A DNA stretch of 64,000 bases from a virus. Shown piece after piece: positions 36,698-47,356 of this stretch; the first letter of the stretch is position 1, and each line of letters opens with the position of its first letter. Location: positions 32,001-96,000 of IMG/VR virus record IMGVR_UViG_3300032893_000735; one strand, 5' to 3'. Under the pieces are notes generated by a model that was given only the letters and a program-made list of their open reading frames with translations, did no database searches and had not been told where the DNA came from. Both the position numbers and the translations under genes were made by a program.

Positions 36698-38896
36698 ATG
36701 GACGACGTATTATGGCTTGACTATGAAATCGTAAGCGAATGTGACCTCTCAGTTCGGGGGCTCGACAACTACGCAAAACATCCGTCTACCCGTGTAGCGA
36801 TTGCGGCTTATGCGCACGGAGACCGGGCCACCAGAGCTTGGGAATCCCATAAATCCCCAATGCCGTCCGACCTGCGAGACGCGCTCGAAAATCCTTTCGT
36901 AACTGTCTACGCTTGGAACGCACAATTCGAGCAAGCGATTACTTGGGAGGTCTTGGGGATTCATAAGCCAATCGAAGAGTACCGTGACCCAATGGCGGCG
37001 GCGCGGTACTTGTCCCTTCCTGGTTCTCTGGAAGATGCGGGCGAAATCCTTGGACTCGGGGCAGATCAGGCCAAAATGGCGGCAGAAGGAAGGCGACTTG
37101 TCCGGTTATTCTGCGAACCGGAAGAATCGGGCGGCGCAGATACTTTATTCGGAAAGAGCAGTGCGTCCTTCCGCGACGGGCAGACCGACCCGGAGGACTG
37201 GAAAAAATTTGTAGGGTATTGCAAACGAGACGTTGACGCGATGCGCACGATCTACAAGAAGCTAATGAAATTCCCCATGCCGGATTTTGAATGGGAGACT
37301 TGGCTTCTAGACCAGAAGATCAACGCTCGCGGCTTGCCTGTTTCGATGGATCTGGTTTCCGGCGCACAGAGGATCGTGGATAAGGAGATCGACCGGCTTA
37401 CTATCCGGTTGAGGGAAATAACCAGCCTCGAAAACCCAAACTCGACTGTCCAGTTTCTGGACTGGGTTAAGTCACAAGGGTATGGATTCTCCAGCATCGG
37501 TAAAAATTTCGTTGCTCGTGCTCTGGCAGGCGAGTGCCCACTCACCGAAGAGGCTAAAGAAGCCCTTATCATCCGAGGGCAAACGGCCAAGTCGTCAATC
37601 AAGAAATACACCAACATTGCCGACACGGTAAGCAGCGACGGGCGGTTGCGGTATCAATACACGTATTACGGAGCGTCACGCACCGGCAGATGGGCGGCGC
37701 ATGGGGTCAACGTCGGAAACCTTTCAAAGCCGACCAAGCAGGTTGAAAAGAAAATGGACAGGGCTATTGAGCTTGTCCGTAAAGGCGACTATGAAACTGT
37801 TCTGTCCGAATTTGGCAAGCCGCTGGACGTTGTCACTTCCACGGTTCGGTCCAGCTTTGAGGCCCCCGAGGGCCAACAATTTGTTGTGTGCGACCTTGGC
37901 TCGATTGAAAACAGAGTCCTCGGGTGGGTTTCTCGATGCGACAAAATCCTGAACGTGTTCAGGTCCAAGTTTAAGTACGAAGGTCCGGACCATCCAGAAA
38001 AAGGCATCTTCAACGGTATGGAATTTCCGATGGACCCCTACTTGGATTTTGCAACCAAGATGTACGGTCAGAGCTACCATGACCTCTGGGTGGAATGGAA
38101 AATCGGTGGCAACTCAACCAAACGAAACAACAGTAAGGCTCCGGTTTTGGGCGCGGGTTTTCTTCTTGGCCCCGGTAAAGAAGAGTTAGACGAAAACGGG
38201 AATCTAATCCGCACAGGGTTACTCGGGTATGCCAAGGCGCTCGGGGTAGATATGACTCTAGAAGACGCAACTCAATCTATCAAGGTGTTCCGGGATACTT
38301 TTGTAGAGGTAACTTGGTACTGGAAGGACATCCACAATGCCGCGATTAGGGCTATACGAAACCCTGGACAGATCGTCGGGGTGGGTGTTCCGCATACAGA
38401 CCGAGATCGGGAATACTACCTGAAGATTGGGCATCCTCTAGATTGGGAACCTTTAATCTTTTTCCGCTGCCACGGGACCAAAGTTCTGGAAATGAAACTG
38501 CCCAGCGGGCGAAGTCTTCATTACATGTTCCCTGAGATTAGGGAAGAAGACGCTGAATATCAGGGACGGACCTACAAAAAGAGTTTCGTCTACTACAAAG
38601 GGAAAGAACAGGGTAGTCAGTCCTGGGGTGAGTGCATCGCTTCCCCAGGACGATTTACTGAGAACTCGGTGCAGGCGATTGCCAGGGATATTCTGGCAAG
38701 CGGGATGAAGGAAGCGGATCAAGCGGGTATGGACATAGTTTTGCATTGCTACGACGAAATCGGGGTGTTAGCCCCTATCGGGTCTCATCTGGACGAAAAG
38801 CTACTTGCCTCTTGCATGACCAAAAAACTTTCATGGGCACCTGACCTTCCACTAGTAGCTGAGGGTTTTTCGAGTCCGGCATATAAGAAGGGATAA
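36698..38896 (+). CDS. Family A DNA polymerase with 3'-5' exonuclease domain
   Basis: LDYE, AWNAQFE, YCKRDV, RTGRWA, DLGSIENR, ENSVQAIARD, HCYDEI. Confidence 0.92.
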   Translation: MDDVLWLDYEIVSECDLSVRGLDNYAKHPSTRVAIAAYAHGDRATRAWESHKSPMPSDLRDALENPFVTVYAWNAQFEQAITWEVLGIHKPIEEYRDPMAAARYLSLPGSLEDAGEILGLGADQAKMAAEGRRLVRLFCEPEESGGADTLFGKSSASFRDGQTDPEDWKKFVGYCKRDVDAMRTIYKKLMKFPMPDFEWETWLLDQKINARGLPVSMDLVSGAQRIVDKEIDRLTIRLREITSLENPNSTVQFLDWVKSQGYGFSSIGKNFVARALAGECPLTEEAKEALIIRGQTAKSSIKKYTNIADTVSSDGRLRYQYTYYGASRTGRWAAHGVNVGNLSKPTKQVEKKMDRAIELVRKGDYETVLSEFGKPLDVVTSTVRSSFEAPEGQQFVVCDLGSIENRVLGWVSRCDKILNVFRSKFKYEGPDHPEKGIFNGMEFPMDPYLDFATKMYGQSYHDLWVEWKIGGNSTKRNNSKAPVLGAGFLLGPGKEELDENGNLIRTGLLGYAKALGVDMTLEDATQSIKVFRDTFVEVTWYWKDIHNAAIRAIRNPGQIVGVGVPHTDRDREYYLKIGHPLDWEPLIFFRCHGTKVLEMKLPSGRSLHYMFPEIREEDAEYQGRTYKKSFVYYKGKEQGSQSWGECIASPGRFTENSVQAIARDILASGMKEADQAGMDIVLHCYDEIGVLAPIGSHLDEKLLASCMTKKLSWAPDLPLVAEGFSSPAYKKG

Positions 38897-39640
38897 ATTT
38901 TCCGTTGACCACCCCTAGTTTGTGGTATACTTCTCGTGATGGAGGGAACATGACCCAGGAACAGCTAGTAGACAAAATCATTGAGGTATTTCTTCGACCG
39001 AAGATCTCAGACGACGAATTCGTAAACAAGGTAGCCGTTCGGACGGATATTTGGGATCTGGTCGAAAGATACGAAAAGGAAATCATAGGCGAGGTGGAAG
39101 ACGAAAACAACGAACTTCGGGAAAGAATACGGGAAATGGAGGGGATGAATGGCAGCGTTTGAAGCTAGGGTTTTGGCGTACATCTGCGTAGCTCTGGGAG
39201 TAGTCTCCTCGGTAGTAAACTCTCTGGGTCTGTCTTTATTGTTTTTCCTTGTAGGGTTGACCTTCTTCGGGGTTGTTTTCTACCTACAATACAAAAATAA
39301 CGGAGGTGGGCCGCTGAGTCCAGCATGACAGAAATTGCGGAAAGATCGGAAATTGAAATTATGAGGGAGCAACAGCAGGTTATCCAGAAACTTCAGCGTA
39401 AAATCTGGAGGCTGGAGAAGCGGTTGCAGGAAAAGATCAAGTACGAATATGGTCTCCTGCAAGGGGTAGGGATCGACCCGAATTTGTTAGCAAAGATTCA
39501 AGCCAAGGATCAGAAGGTTCTGAATAGTTAGTCCAGAAAATGGCCGGAATTTGTCGGAACCGAAGACTGGATAGACAAAAACGGGGTTGTGTTTTGCTCG
39601 GAAGAGTGCTATTCTGAGCTTCACCAGAGGGAGGAAGACA

Positions 39641-39835
39641 ATGGCTAATATTCAGCAGGCGGCGAAGTGGCTTCGAGAAGGGAAGAGGGTCCGAAGGCCC
39701 GATTGGTTTGACGGATTTTATCTTATTGTAGGTGCCGATGGGTGCGTGCAAACCGCGTATGAAAACCCTTTTGAGGATTTGGAAGTAGAAGATCTTCTCG
39801 CCGAGGATTGGGAGGAACACACGTGGGTCAACTAG
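39641..39835 (+). CDS. DUF2829/Tad2-like small protein
   Basis: LREGKRVRRPDW...DLLAEDW; GGAGG RBS. Confidence 0.6.
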   Translation: MANIQQAAKWLREGKRVRRPDWFDGFYLIVGADGCVQTAYENPFEDLEVEDLLAEDWEEHTWVN

Positions 39836-40764
39836 CTTTGGATCTCAGGCCCGACCGTTTAGAGGACGTTCTGGGGAACGAGTCTACGAAAAAGGCTCTA
39901 CAGTCCTTCATAGACAAGGATTCATTCCCTAATGTCTTCTTGTTCATCGGACCCCCCGGCTGTGGCAAGACTACCTTAGCTCAGATCGTAGCTGAAACCG
40001 TTGCTGGGGAAGGCGGAAGCATCCACGAGGTCAATGGGTCCGCTCAAAATAAAGTTGAGGACGCCAGAGAACTTTCCGAAATCGCCGCTAGCTGTCCGTT
40101 TAACGGACGGCGCAGGGTGTTCATTCTAAACGAGTTCCACCAATTTACCGGCCCAGCCCAGGAATGTCTGAAAGACCCGATGGAGAAAACGCCTTCGGTT
40201 TGGGTCATCACGACGGACATGCCTGAAAAAATCAGCCCAGCCATCAAGTCCAGGGCGTCGGCAGCTACCTTCGAGCTAAAGCCTCTCGCCCGAAAAGAAA
40301 TCCGAACCCTAATCAACCGGGCAGCAGGAGAAGTTCTACCAGCCCTCCAGATCGACGAGATCATCAAGGTTCTGGAACAAAGAAACATCGGGGCACCTCG
40401 GGAAATCTTGGGGGTCGTGGATCAGATTTTGGCGGGGGTTCCGCTCGAACAAGCCATCCACGGTTCCGAACACGAGCCGCTTTACCGAGACGTGGCTTCT
40501 GCCGTTTTGTCCGGAAACTGGACTAAGACTGCGAACCTGCTAAAGCAGATTCCGACTCCTGATTTTCAGGCGATGGTAAGTGTGGTTTCTGCTAAGCTAA
40601 GCTGGGCACTTTTGGACGAAGGATTCGGCACGAGGGCAGATGCTTTGTCGGCATGTCTGGTCGGAATGGCTGGGGCTACGTACCAAGCTGGAGTGGCTTA
40701 CGGTAGCTTGAGAGCATTGCTATACAAGGCTTGCCGAGCGATTCAGAAAGGAGAAAACCGATGA
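39823..40764 (+). CDS. Clamp loader AAA+ subunit (DnaX/RFC-like)
   Basis: RPDRLEDVLGN, GPPGCGKTT, VFILNEFH, IKSR. Confidence 0.85.
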   Translation: MGQLALDLRPDRLEDVLGNESTKKALQSFIDKDSFPNVFLFIGPPGCGKTTLAQIVAETVAGEGGSIHEVNGSAQNKVEDARELSEIAASCPFNGRRRVFILNEFHQFTGPAQECLKDPMEKTPSVWVITTDMPEKISPAIKSRASAATFELKPLARKEIRTLINRAAGEVLPALQIDEIIKVLEQRNIGAPREILGVVDQILAGVPLEQAIHGSEHEPLYRDVASAVLSGNWTKTANLLKQIPTPDFQAMVSVVSAKLSWALLDEGFGTRADALSACLVGMAGATYQAGVAYGSLRALLYKACRAIQKGENR

Positions 40765-40980
40765 TCAAACTGAAAAATAGCAGCGGGGTTTTGGTCTGGG
40801 CTAACCCCGACCAAGTAGCTATGTTGTTCCAGCGGCCAGTAGATATCTCGGAGAGCACTTTGGTTTTCGCAAACGGAATGGTAGAGAAGTTCAACTACTC
40901 CGGGCAGTATCTGGCGGACCTGTTGGATGGGAAAGAAGTTCTAACCGATTAACCGTCCAGAAAATGGACAAGGAGACGTT

Positions 40981-41784
40981 ATGTTTGAAGTATCGGGAGT
41001 GGTAGCCGGAAATATTCCGTATTCCCTTCTAAAGTTTTCGGGAGGAGAGTTGCATCCTAAACTTCTGAAGAACATAAATGGCAGGGAAACCGCAATTCAC
41101 ATCCACGGAAATATCACATCATCCGATGACCTAATGGAACTTGCTCTTTTGGTGGATGCCCTCCGCCGGAGCGCTGTTCCTTGTCCGCCAATCACGGCGT
41201 CGATTCCTTACTTTCCTTACGCTCGCCAAGATCGAGCTTGCGCACAAGGGGAATCTCTAGCCGTCAAGGTGGCTTGTGATTTCATCAATAGCCTTAATTT
41301 TGTTTCCGTGGAAGTATGGGACGCCCACAGTGATGTGACTACGGCTCTTTTGAACAGATCTATCAATCGGCATCAGAAAGAATTTGTCTCCCGAATTAAG
41401 TGGCAGAATACCGTTCTGGTGGCCCCAGACGCCGGGGCTATTAAGAAAATTCTGGAGATTGCCAAACTCACGAGTATGTCAGTGGTACGCGCCGATAAAA
41501 TTCGTAGCGTAGAAGACGGAAGCATTACCGGAACCGTGGTATACTCGGAACACATCGGAAACAAGGATTTCCTGATTGCTGATGATATTTGTGATGGAGG
41601 ACGAACTTTCATTGAACTGGCTAAGGTTCTTAGACCGCTGACAACTGGAAAAATCTATCTGTATGTCACGCATGGAATTTTCAGCAAGGGATTGGATGTG
41701 TTTAACGGACTTATTGACGGAGTTTACACGGCCAATCCGTTCCCAGACGTGGACATCTCCCACAAACTTCTGACAATCATTTAG
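40981..41784 (+). CDS. Prs-like pyrophosphokinase (NARP1 Adps-like)
   Basis: FSGGE, PYFPYARQDR, DAHS, APDAGA, DDICDGGRTF, VTHGIFS. Confidence 0.85.
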   Translation: MFEVSGVVAGNIPYSLLKFSGGELHPKLLKNINGRETAIHIHGNITSSDDLMELALLVDALRRSAVPCPPITASIPYFPYARQDRACAQGESLAVKVACDFINSLNFVSVEVWDAHSDVTTALLNRSINRHQKEFVSRIKWQNTVLVAPDAGAIKKILEIAKLTSMSVVRADKIRSVEDGSITGTVVYSEHIGNKDFLIADDICDGGRTFIELAKVLRPLTTGKIYLYVTHGIFSKGLDVFNGLIDGVYTANPFPDVDISHKLLTII

Positions 41785-41792
41785 GAGGCAAT

Positions 41793-43262
41793 GTGAACAT
41801 CTTCCCGCCGCACGCGACGGACTTTTACAAAACCGGACATATTCGCCAGTACCCCGAAGGTACCGAATACGTCTACTCTAATTGGACTTGCCGAAGCGAC
41901 AAATGGGCGCAAGTTCTCCCAGATTTTGACCATAAGATAGTATTCTTTGGCCTGCAAGGAGTATGCAAGTGGCTGCTGATTGACTTGTGGAACGACAACT
42001 TTTTCCATCAGCCGAAAGAAGTTGTTCTTGACAAGTACAAACGGAGGATGGACGCGGCGTTGGGTTCCGGGGCGGTCGGTACGGAGCACATCTCGGCACT
42101 TCATGATCTCGGATACCTTCCTGTGCGCATTAAGGCGCTTCCAGAGGGGAGTAGGGTCGATGTTCGAGTTCCCATGTGGACCATCGTAAACACGAAGCCG
42201 GAGTTCTTCTGGGTGACTAATTACCTAGAGACACAGCTTAGTGCGGAATTGTGGCAAGCCATGACCAGTGCAACGACGGCGTATGAATACCGTCGTTTGT
42301 TTGAAAAGTACGCAGAGACGACAGGAGCTAACAAGGATTTCATTCCTTGGCAGGGGCATGATTTCAGCTTCAGAGGAATGAGCAGCATCGGTAGCGCCGT
42401 TCAAAGCGGGGCAGGCCACTTGCTCAGCTTTAAGGGAACAGACACCATCTCGGCTATTGACTATCTGGATGAATACTACGAATCAAAGTGGTCTTTGATA
42501 GGCGGGAGTGTCCCTGCTACGGAACATTCTGTAATGTGCATGGGTGGGTTTTTGGGAGAGGAAGATACCTACCGTCGTTTGATCGAGGAGGTGTATCCTT
42601 ATGGCGTCGTCAGTATCGTAAGCGACACGTGGGATTTCTGGCATATAATGACCGATACAGTCCCTCGTCTGAAGCCGTCGATTATGGCACGAAACGGAAA
42701 AGTAGTTTTCCGCCCAGACAGCGGTGATCCAGTTAAGATAATCTGCGGAGACCCTAGTGCCGACCTTGGAACACCGGAGCGCCGAGGAGCAGTAAGTATT
42801 TTGTGGGACGAATTCGGGGGAACCACCACCGACAAGGGGTACAAAACCCTAGACAGCCACGTCGGTTTGATTTACGGAGACAGTATCAGTCTGGATCGGG
42901 CGGGGCAAATATTCGAACAGCTAAAAGCGAAGGGATTCTCTAGTGACAATATCGTGTTCGGTATAGGAAGCTTCACCTACCAGCACGTCACGCGGGATAC
43001 TTTTGGAACGGCCATTAAGGCTACTTGGGGAGTAGTGAACGGGCAAGAACGTGATCTATTCAAAGATCCGAAGACTGACAATGGCGTGAAGAAATCGGCT
43101 TGCGGATTGATTCGGGTGGAGTTTGAGAACGGTCATTACGTCCTCTACGACCATCAAACAAAAGAACAAGAAGAAGGTGGTCTACTTGAAACTGTATTCT
43201 TGGACGGAAAGATAGTCAAGAATCAGACTTTACAGGAGATCAGAACTAGGATGGCAGAATAA
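41793..43262 (+). CDS. Nicotinamide phosphoribosyltransferase-like protein (NARP1 Namat-like)
   Basis: TDFYKTGH, HDFSFRG, ATEHSVM, SIVSDTWD, RPDSGDP, YGDSI, KKSA.G. Confidence 0.9.
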   Translation: MNIFPPHATDFYKTGHIRQYPEGTEYVYSNWTCRSDKWAQVLPDFDHKIVFFGLQGVCKWLLIDLWNDNFFHQPKEVVLDKYKRRMDAALGSGAVGTEHISALHDLGYLPVRIKALPEGSRVDVRVPMWTIVNTKPEFFWVTNYLETQLSAELWQAMTSATTAYEYRRLFEKYAETTGANKDFIPWQGHDFSFRGMSSIGSAVQSGAGHLLSFKGTDTISAIDYLDEYYESKWSLIGGSVPATEHSVMCMGGFLGEEDTYRRLIEEVYPYGVVSIVSDTWDFWHIMTDTVPRLKPSIMARNGKVVFRPDSGDPVKIICGDPSADLGTPERRGAVSILWDEFGGTTTDKGYKTLDSHVGLIYGDSISLDRAGQIFEQLKAKGFSSDNIVFGIGSFTYQHVTRDTFGTAIKATWGVVNGQERDLFKDPKTDNGVKKSACGLIRVEFENGHYVLYDHQTKEQEEGGLLETVFLDGKIVKNQTLQEIRTRMAE

Positions 43263-43913
43263 CCGTCCAGAAAATGGACAAAGGAGAAGGTATGAAGCTG
43301 GTAATCTCACTCGACTACAGTACGTTTCTGGCAATTCCTGCGGAGCAAGCCGGTATTGTTGTCCCCGCATTGAGCCAAGCGACGTATGTTTCCAAGAACT
43401 ATAACGAAAAAACCTACAAACCCGACGAGGCGCGTACTCTTGACTTTAAGTTCGAGCCGGACAGCATGTTCGAGGAGGCCCCCGACGCGATCACGGCAAT
43501 TCAGAAGTCCAGGGACGAGAGCGAACAGAAGTACCTGAAGGAATGGACCAAGGGACAGGAACTCCAGAAGGAAATCGTAGAGTTGAAGAAGAAGTTGGAG
43601 GCTCTGAAAACCGCCGTAACTGAGGAGGCTTTGTGACAGAATATGAACCTTACGATCCAGAAGAAGGTGAAGACCTATACATGAAAGATCCCGAATCCCA
43701 ATCGATTAAGGGGTTCAAAGAGGCTCTAGACATCTTCGCTAAGTATGCCAAAAAAGGCGACTTAGAAAGATTCTTCTGTGGCGCGGAGCATGATATTATC
43801 TACATGTACACGGACACCGATACCCTACACCCGAATTCTCCAGACGGAAAGAGACTTCGGGAACTAGGCTTCCACGTATCGGATGATGCCTGGGCGTACT
43901 TCACTTAACCCAA

Positions 43914-43943
43914 AGGCCCCAAAATATCGGGGCCTAATTTTTT
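43914..43943 (+). terminator. Rho-independent terminator
   Basis: AGGCCCC-AAAATATC-GGGGCCT followed by AATTTTTT. Confidence 0.65.
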
Positions 43944-43951
43944 GAAATATG

Positions 43952-43979
43952 TTGACAAATCTCGGAAGCGTGATAGTAT
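43952..43979 (+). promoter_or_regulatory. sigma70 promoter
   Basis: TTGACA-16-TAGTAT with TG extension. Confidence 0.7.
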
Positions 43980-43985
43980 TGTTCT

Positions 43986-44138
43986 AGGTGGTTCTGATTT
44001 GTTTCGTTGGGACTGGCCAGTCCCCTGCTCTGCGGGTCTCGAATCCCGCCCGGTATGCATGTAGTCGGTCCTAGGAAACCGCTATACACCGCAGAGACGC
44101 GAAAGCGTTAGGTAGGCCGAAACAAACCGGAACCATCT
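43986..44138 (+). ncRNA. Structured ~150-nt RNA of unknown class
   Basis: 5' AGGUGGUUCUGAUUUGUUUCG pairs with 3' CGAAACAAACCGGAACCAUCU; internal hairpins; begins at the predicted TSS. Confidence 0.65.
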
Positions 44139-44169
44139 GTTTCATCCATTTTATGGAAAAGGAGGCATC

Positions 44170-44436
44170 ATGAAACAAATCGTAACAGTCACCGAAGTCG
44201 AAGGAGAGGGTCTTGAGGCTCTCTTGGGGCAGAATGTTTTGCTGTTCTGCATGAACTACATATACGCCGGAAAGCTGGTAGGCGTGAATACAACCTTTGT
44301 CAAGATTGAAGGGGCTAAGATCGTGTTTGAAACTGGTCCTTTCTCGGATAAATCGTACAAGGACGCACAGAATCTTCCGGCGTCGGAGTGGTATGTCCAA
44401 ACCTCCGCTATCGAGTCTTTCGGACTCGGAAAGTAG
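44170..44436 (+). CDS. Small Sm/LSm-like-fold protein (putative)
   Basis: LLGQNVLLF..YIYAGKLVGVN...VKIEGA resembles the Sm1 pattern; AAGGAGG RBS. Confidence 0.55.
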   Translation: MKQIVTVTEVEGEGLEALLGQNVLLFCMNYIYAGKLVGVNTTFVKIEGAKIVFETGPFSDKSYKDAQNLPASEWYVQTSAIESFGLGK

Positions 44437-44441
44437 GTTTT

Positions 44442-44669
44442 ATGCGGGCAGTTAAACAAAAGTATCGGTCAGGGTCAGGGTCACGGTCACGGTCAGGGGC
44501 ACGGTCAGGGTCAGGGTCAGGGTCAGGGTCAGGGGCACGGTCAGGGTCAGGGTCAGGGGCACGGTCACGGTCAGGGTCACGGTCAGGGGCAGGGTCAGGG
44601 TCAGGGTCAGGGTCATGGTCATGGTCACGGTCATGGCCATGGTCACGGTCAGGGTCATGGTCGTATTGA
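44442..44669 (+). CDS. RS/SG/SW dipeptide-repeat protein
   Basis: MRAVKQKYRSGSGSRSRSGARSG...WSWSRSWPWSRSGSWSY, encoded by a GGTCA(G/C/T) hexamer array. Confidence 0.6.
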   Translation: MRAVKQKYRSGSGSRSRSGARSGSGSGSGSGARSGSGSGARSRSGSRSGAGSGSGSGSWSWSRSWPWSRSGSWSY

Positions 44670-45293
44670 CGAATGAAGGGTCTATTAAAGTAGGCCCTTT
44701 GTCCATTCTGGACGGAGGCGACATGAAAGTTTGGGTAGCTACTGCACATGAACATTACGAAGCAGGTTGGACGTTCGCCGTCTACCGCAACGAACCCACC
44801 GACGAAGAAATGAAACTGGACGCAGAAGATACCGATCCAGATGAACCGCTGTTTGATTGGTACTCAGCAAAAGAATTTGAGGTTAAGGAGAACTGATGAA
44901 AGTGGAATACAAAGTAACACCGAGAGAAGTTGAAGAGTTGATGGACAAGATTGATGATCTTGGCCCGAGCAAATATCCTGGAATGACCTATGAGCAGGGT
45001 ATCTACGAGGCCCTGAGTTGGGTACTTTACGGGGAAGACAAACCGGAAGTTTAAGGAGAACTGATGAGCGTTTCACAGCAACAAATCGACGAAAATGTAG
45101 AGTTAGCCAAGGCGTGTATACCGTCCCTGTTGGAAGACCCTTCTTACCTGAGGATGGTCCGCAACCAATTTGCAGCAGCGGCTTTGACTGGACTGCTTTC
45201 AAAAGAGGGTTCCGGTACTTGCAGGCGGTTCGCAGAGACTGCTTTTAGGTTCGCAGACGCTATGCTCGAAGAAATGAAGAAGGAGTCCATTTA

Positions 45294-46535
45294 ATGGAAT
45301 TCACAGAACAAGAACTAAAAGCAATACGATCCGAATTTTGCCGTGGGTTTACGGACGACCAATTCAACGTTTTTATGACTTTCTGCCGAGTACGTAACCT
45401 GATGCCCGGAAAGCATGTTGTCGGGCAGATCCGCAAGTCTAGCGAGTGGGACGAAGTAGCCAACGCTAAGGTGAAGACGGAGAAGGTCATCTTTATCACC
45501 ACAATTGACGCCGCTCGATTGATTGCCCAGCGGTCAGGGGAATACACGGGGCAAGCCCCAGAACAGTATATCTATTTGGACGATAGCGGACTTCCGAATT
45601 TGATCTCGGAAATTCCCCTGCCTGACCCGAAAAACAAGCAACTACCTCGGGAACCTTGGGCCGTGCGCACATCCATCTATCGCAAGGGATTTGACCATCC
45701 GATTACCAGTGTAGCTCGGTTTGATGCCTACGCGGTTACTCGTCGCGTACAAGGGGGAGGTCTAGTTTTAACGGACATGTGGCAACGTAGGGCTCCGGAG
45801 ATGCTCGCAAAATGCTGCGAAATGCTAGGACTGAGGAAGGCATTTCCTGAAGAGTTGGCAGGCATCTTTGTTGAGTCAGAATTTAAGCCTGATCCTGAGG
45901 ATGTAACGTCGCCTGTAACTCCCGCTGCGGTGCTCTCTGCACAAAACATTCCCCTTCCCCCGACCGTACCTGTCGTGAACCAAGCACCAGCCGAACCGAC
46001 GAACAACCCGAGGCTGACAGATCCTGAAGTGAAGCAAACTCCACCTGAACCAAAGGCTTCCGCTTCGGAAAAGGCGGAAAAAGCAGCCTTCAAGCCAGTG
46101 AAGAAGTCGACAAAGAAGGGAGCCGAACCGGCTAGTCCAGTTTCTGGAAAAAATGAGTGGGAGATCACCGACGAGGATATCGAAAACGCCTGCAAGCCCC
46201 GACCCGAGTTCGACGAAGCCGCCAACAAAAGGGAGGCGCAAGAATTCGTAGAGGCGGTAACCAGCTTTACCCCAGAAGAGGCAGTTGCCCAAGGTCTGCC
46301 GGTCCCTCCTGATCCGCTCCCGACTAAGGAGGAGATGAAGAAGAACACAGATCATGTCCGCGAACTTACAGCAGCCGGGGCGATGAACGGAGACTTGAAA
46401 AACTACTTCCTGAAGATCAGCGGAAAGACCGATCCAAAGTTTTTGACAGTCGGGGATTGGAAGAGGGCTTTTGACGAGTTGGACAAGGCTAAGGCTGACG
46501 GTCGGCTCAAAGAATTCTTGAAGGAGAATAAGTAA
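45294..46535 (+). CDS. ssDNA annealing protein (Bet/RecT-like)
   Basis: TIDAARLIAQRSGEYTG...MW...PEMLAKC.E..GLRKAFPEELAG. Confidence 0.8.
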   Translation: MEFTEQELKAIRSEFCRGFTDDQFNVFMTFCRVRNLMPGKHVVGQIRKSSEWDEVANAKVKTEKVIFITTIDAARLIAQRSGEYTGQAPEQYIYLDDSGLPNLISEIPLPDPKNKQLPREPWAVRTSIYRKGFDHPITSVARFDAYAVTRRVQGGGLVLTDMWQRRAPEMLAKCCEMLGLRKAFPEELAGIFVESEFKPDPEDVTSPVTPAAVLSAQNIPLPPTVPVVNQAPAEPTNNPRLTDPEVKQTPPEPKASASEKAEKAAFKPVKKSTKKGAEPASPVSGKNEWEITDEDIENACKPRPEFDEAANKREAQEFVEAVTSFTPEEAVAQGLPVPPDPLPTKEEMKKNTDHVRELTAAGAMNGDLKNYFLKISGKTDPKFLTVGDWKRAFDELDKAKADGRLKEFLKENK

Positions 46536-47356
46536 TGCGCAACCACCTGCCTGCTAAACTTCAGATGTGGAGCCGCCCTCCTGACCACGAGGGGAGGATA
46601 TATCTTAGCGCGATGTGCGGTTCTTGCGGATTAAAAGGACCGCCTGCTTTGTATATCAAGGATGCGGACAGATTGTTTTGGGAAATGGTTAAGGAGGAAC
46701 CAAAAATGAAATGTGACCACAGATTCGCCAGAGCCATGGAACTTTATCCTGGAAACGTAAAGGTTATCTGCGGACCCTGCGGGAAAACAGGACCATCGGG
46801 AGGGGCAAGTGTGGCTTTCGCCTACAAACTGTTCTGGGAATCTGTTAAACTGAAAGAGGAAGGAAAGACAATGAATGAAGACTATGAGCGGGGAGTTATG
46901 GACGCGACTAAGCCTTTTAGTTCGGACCCCGAAGAATGGGGTAACATACGTTTGGCCGAACGCCGCAAGTCACTTCTCGCCAAGAAGGTAACGAAGTGGG
47001 TAATTGTTATGAGGCGCGGGTTTGGCTTAGAGGAATCAATATTCCAAGGTCGTCTTTTTGATTCAAAAGAACGTGCAGATGAACATGCTAGGTCTACCAT
47101 CGGAGATCAAACGCTAGGTGTATTCCCCCTCGAAATCGAGGTCCCAGCTTGACTCACTACGAGACCCAGCTAAAACCGAGCCTAGAAACTGTCAAAATAG
47201 ACGCCGATAAATTCCTGTGCGACGAGCCGGGATTTGTGGTATTCTATAAGCGAAATCCAGAGACTTTGAAAGCCGAGGAAGTCGCACGATTCAAATCTTC
47301 GAACGTGAAGAACGTTTCGGAGACCTAACCCGTCCATTTTGCGGACAAGGAGATTT

